Shown here one piece after another: positions 62,267-64,000 of a stretch of DNA of 64,000 bases. Positions within the stretch are counted from its first letter, which is position 1, and every line of letters starts with the position of its first letter. Both the position numbers and the translations under genes were made by a program. The stretch is from the NCBI GenBank assembly GCA_944381155.1, contig CALWKA010000004.1, forward strand, positions 246-64,245, written 5' to 3'. A model generated the notes under the pieces. It was not told the DNA's origin, did not search any database, and saw nothing but the letters and a program-made list of their open reading frames with translations. The DNA is from an uncultured Clostridia bacterium. GTDB lineage: Bacteria; Bacillota; Clostridia; Christensenellales; UBA1242.

Positions 62267-62295
62267 ATCATAGCATAATCCACAATTAATGTCAA
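62267..62295 (-). promoter_or_regulatory. sigma-A promoter of rpoBC
   Basis: TTGACA-17-TATGAT with extended TG. Confidence 0.8.
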
Positions 62296-62526
62296 TAGAA
62301 TTTAACAAATATTTTTATAATTTTGTTATTTTATAACTGAATGCCATTCTTTGTGTCATAAAAATGAAACTGCACTCACCCAACTTTTCTCATACCTTAA
62401 TTATAATCGTGTAGTTTTGTCTTAACTTCACGAATTTTTTAATAAAATATATAATAAGATTAAATAATTTTAGATTTTCTAATAAAACTAGAAAACAAAT
62501 AAAAAATATAAACAAAAAATATAAAT

Positions 62527-62590
62527 AAAAAAATTCAACCCGTGTAGCGTTACCGCTTAATAATTCGCCTTTTGGGGTTGGTTGAATTTC
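62527..62590 (-). ncRNA. candidate ~60-nt structured small RNA
   Basis: CTGACA-16-TATAAT (62622-62595) upstream; AAAUUCAACC/GGUUGAAUUU closing stem, AGCG-GUAA-CGCU hairpin, U-tract end. Confidence 0.45.
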
Positions 62591-63035
62591 TTATATTATA
62601 TTTTAAAAATTTTGTATGTCAGCCATTTTTAAAAATTTATCCTAAAATTTTAAGTGATTAAGCGATTGCTTGATTGCGTTTGAAGGTTTTTTAGATGAGT
62701 TGAGATGTCGCAAAAATTGACTATATTCATTTTTGTATCTTTTCTTTCATAAAGATTGTGCTTTCAATAAAAAATGGGCGTACACCCATTCAGATTGCGG
62801 ATACATTTTTAAATTCATATAAATTTCTATATTATTTTACACTATATAATTATTATAGAATTTTATTTTATATCTTTCTGTCTAAATGAATATATGTCCA
62901 TTTTGATTAAACCACTTCTATTTTATTTGATATCAAAAAATGATTATACAATATCTCATTTGATTTGACTTTTTTCTTTTGAGTTGCAGTTAAATTATTT
63001 CATCATTAATCGACTTGGCGATTTCTTAAAACCTT

Positions 63036-63245
63036 TTAGCAACCGCAGTTATCTTTCTTTCCGCCACCACAGCCACATAAAATTAGCAAAATTATTATAA
63101 GTAGGCAAGGATCAACTTTACAACCACAATTGCATAAGATCAATATCAAGATAATAATCCAAGTGCAATCATTACAGCCACATCCTGAATTGTTGCCACA
63201 ATCGTTGCAACAGTCAGTTCCGCCAGCAAAGAATTTATTAAACAT
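63036..63245 (-). CDS. small Cys/Gly-rich hydrophobic protein, probable spore coat/exosporium component
   Basis: AGGAGG SD; CGC repeats around two IIIL(I/L)(L/I) segments; sigma-K-like AC-N16-CATATTAG at 63299-63274. Confidence 0.8.
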   Translation of the reverse strand: MFNKFFAGGTDCCNDCGNNSGCGCNDCTWIIILILILCNCGCKVDPCLLIIILLILCGCGGGKKDNCGC

Positions 63246-63550
63246 AATTCCTCCTATCGTATTTTAAAAATTTCTAATATGTACTACAAAAGTCTTTGTC
63301 TTTGGTACCTAAAAACTTCCTTTGTATAATACATACTATTTGACGATAGGAAAAAATGTTCCAGCAAATTCAAAATTCCAATTTGAAAAGCATACTAGGA
63401 CGAAATAGAATTTTCGTTCGTCACCGATTCAAACGAAGCCATTATTTCAAATATCAGTTATATATAATAAAATATCTAAAACATATACTGATACTGATCA
63501 TTTGCAATTTAGTTTATTATTTTATTATATTGCTTGATTGAATCAATATA

Positions 63551-64000
63551 TTAAGAAAATGATTCAAGTTTTTGTCTTATCATTTGTTTTAGTTGAACAA
63601 TATTTTTCCCACTCTTCGCGCCCACATAACAAGTGTCATACGGATATGATCTCAATTTTGAAATCTCGCCGTCATTTAGTTTGTCAATCTTGTTGTAAAC
63701 TAAAATCACCTTGTTGCTATCTGTGCCCACTCGCTTTAACTCTTTTTCTACCACTTCAATTTGATCATATTTATTCGGATCGCTAGCATCCACCACCAAT
63801 ATCAATACATTTGCATCTATCGTTTCTTCTAGGGTGGCGGAAAAAGCATACACCAATTCGTGCGGAAGATTGCTCACAAATCCAACGGTATCAATTAGCA
63901 CATATTCCATTCCATTATCCCAAACTTTTTTTGACAGCACATCAAGCGTCGCAAAGAGTCTGTCATCTGCGTATGTGCCTGCTTTTGTGATTGCATTCAT
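63551..64000 (-). CDS. hflX: GTPase HflX, 3' portion (5' end outside window)
   Basis: DRLFATLD, DTVGFVSNLPHELV.AF.ATLEE, VVDAS, NKID. Confidence 0.95.
   Translation of the reverse strand: MNAITKAGTYADDRLFATLDVLSKKVWDNGMEYVLIDTVGFVSNLPHELVYAFSATLEETIDANVLILVVDASDPNKYDQIEVVEKELKRVGTDSNKVILVYNKIDKLNDGEISKLRSYPYDTCYVGAKSGKNIVQLKQMIRQKLESFS

Noticed and set aside
62650-62820. Small ORFs or sRNA around hairpin AATGGG-cgtaca-CCCATT
   Set aside because: ORFs are under 30 aa with no SD and no clear promoter; most simply a minus-strand terminator.

Overview
A 64 kb, low-GC chromosomal segment, most likely from a spore-forming Clostridia-class bacterium. This is inferred from the 16S 5' end, the T-box, SpoVB/YetF/LysM genes and sigma-E/G/K-like promoters. 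Most genes lie on the minus strand. Core content: 5' end of a 16S rRNA gene, tig-clpP-clpX, lspA-rluD, sepF, rsmA, T-box-valS, groES-groEL, uvrA, pepF, uvrB, rpoB-rpoC and partial hflX. I see no transposase, integrase, prophage or CRISPR array. Four things stand out. (1) The rpoB-rpoC pair has no ribosomal-protein neighbours and carries many substitutions in normally near-invariant motifs (all four rifamycin clusters, bridge-helix cap, F-loop, trigger loop, GRHGNKG) while keeping NADFDGD. It is either a lineage-wide remodelled RNA polymerase or a second paralogous one. (2) About 18 kb encodes large acidic membrane-anchored surface proteins, including a 3638-aa protein behind a perfect sigma-A promoter. 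(3) There are unannotated structured non-coding elements: a perfect four-way junction and two short promoter-to-terminator units. (4) There is an Arr-like ADP-ribosyltransferase, a pair of membrane-tethered winged-helix proteins in the uvrB operon, an orphan HicB-like gene and a divergent GroEL. All family assignments and E. coli residue numbers come from motif recognition from memory, not from database searches.
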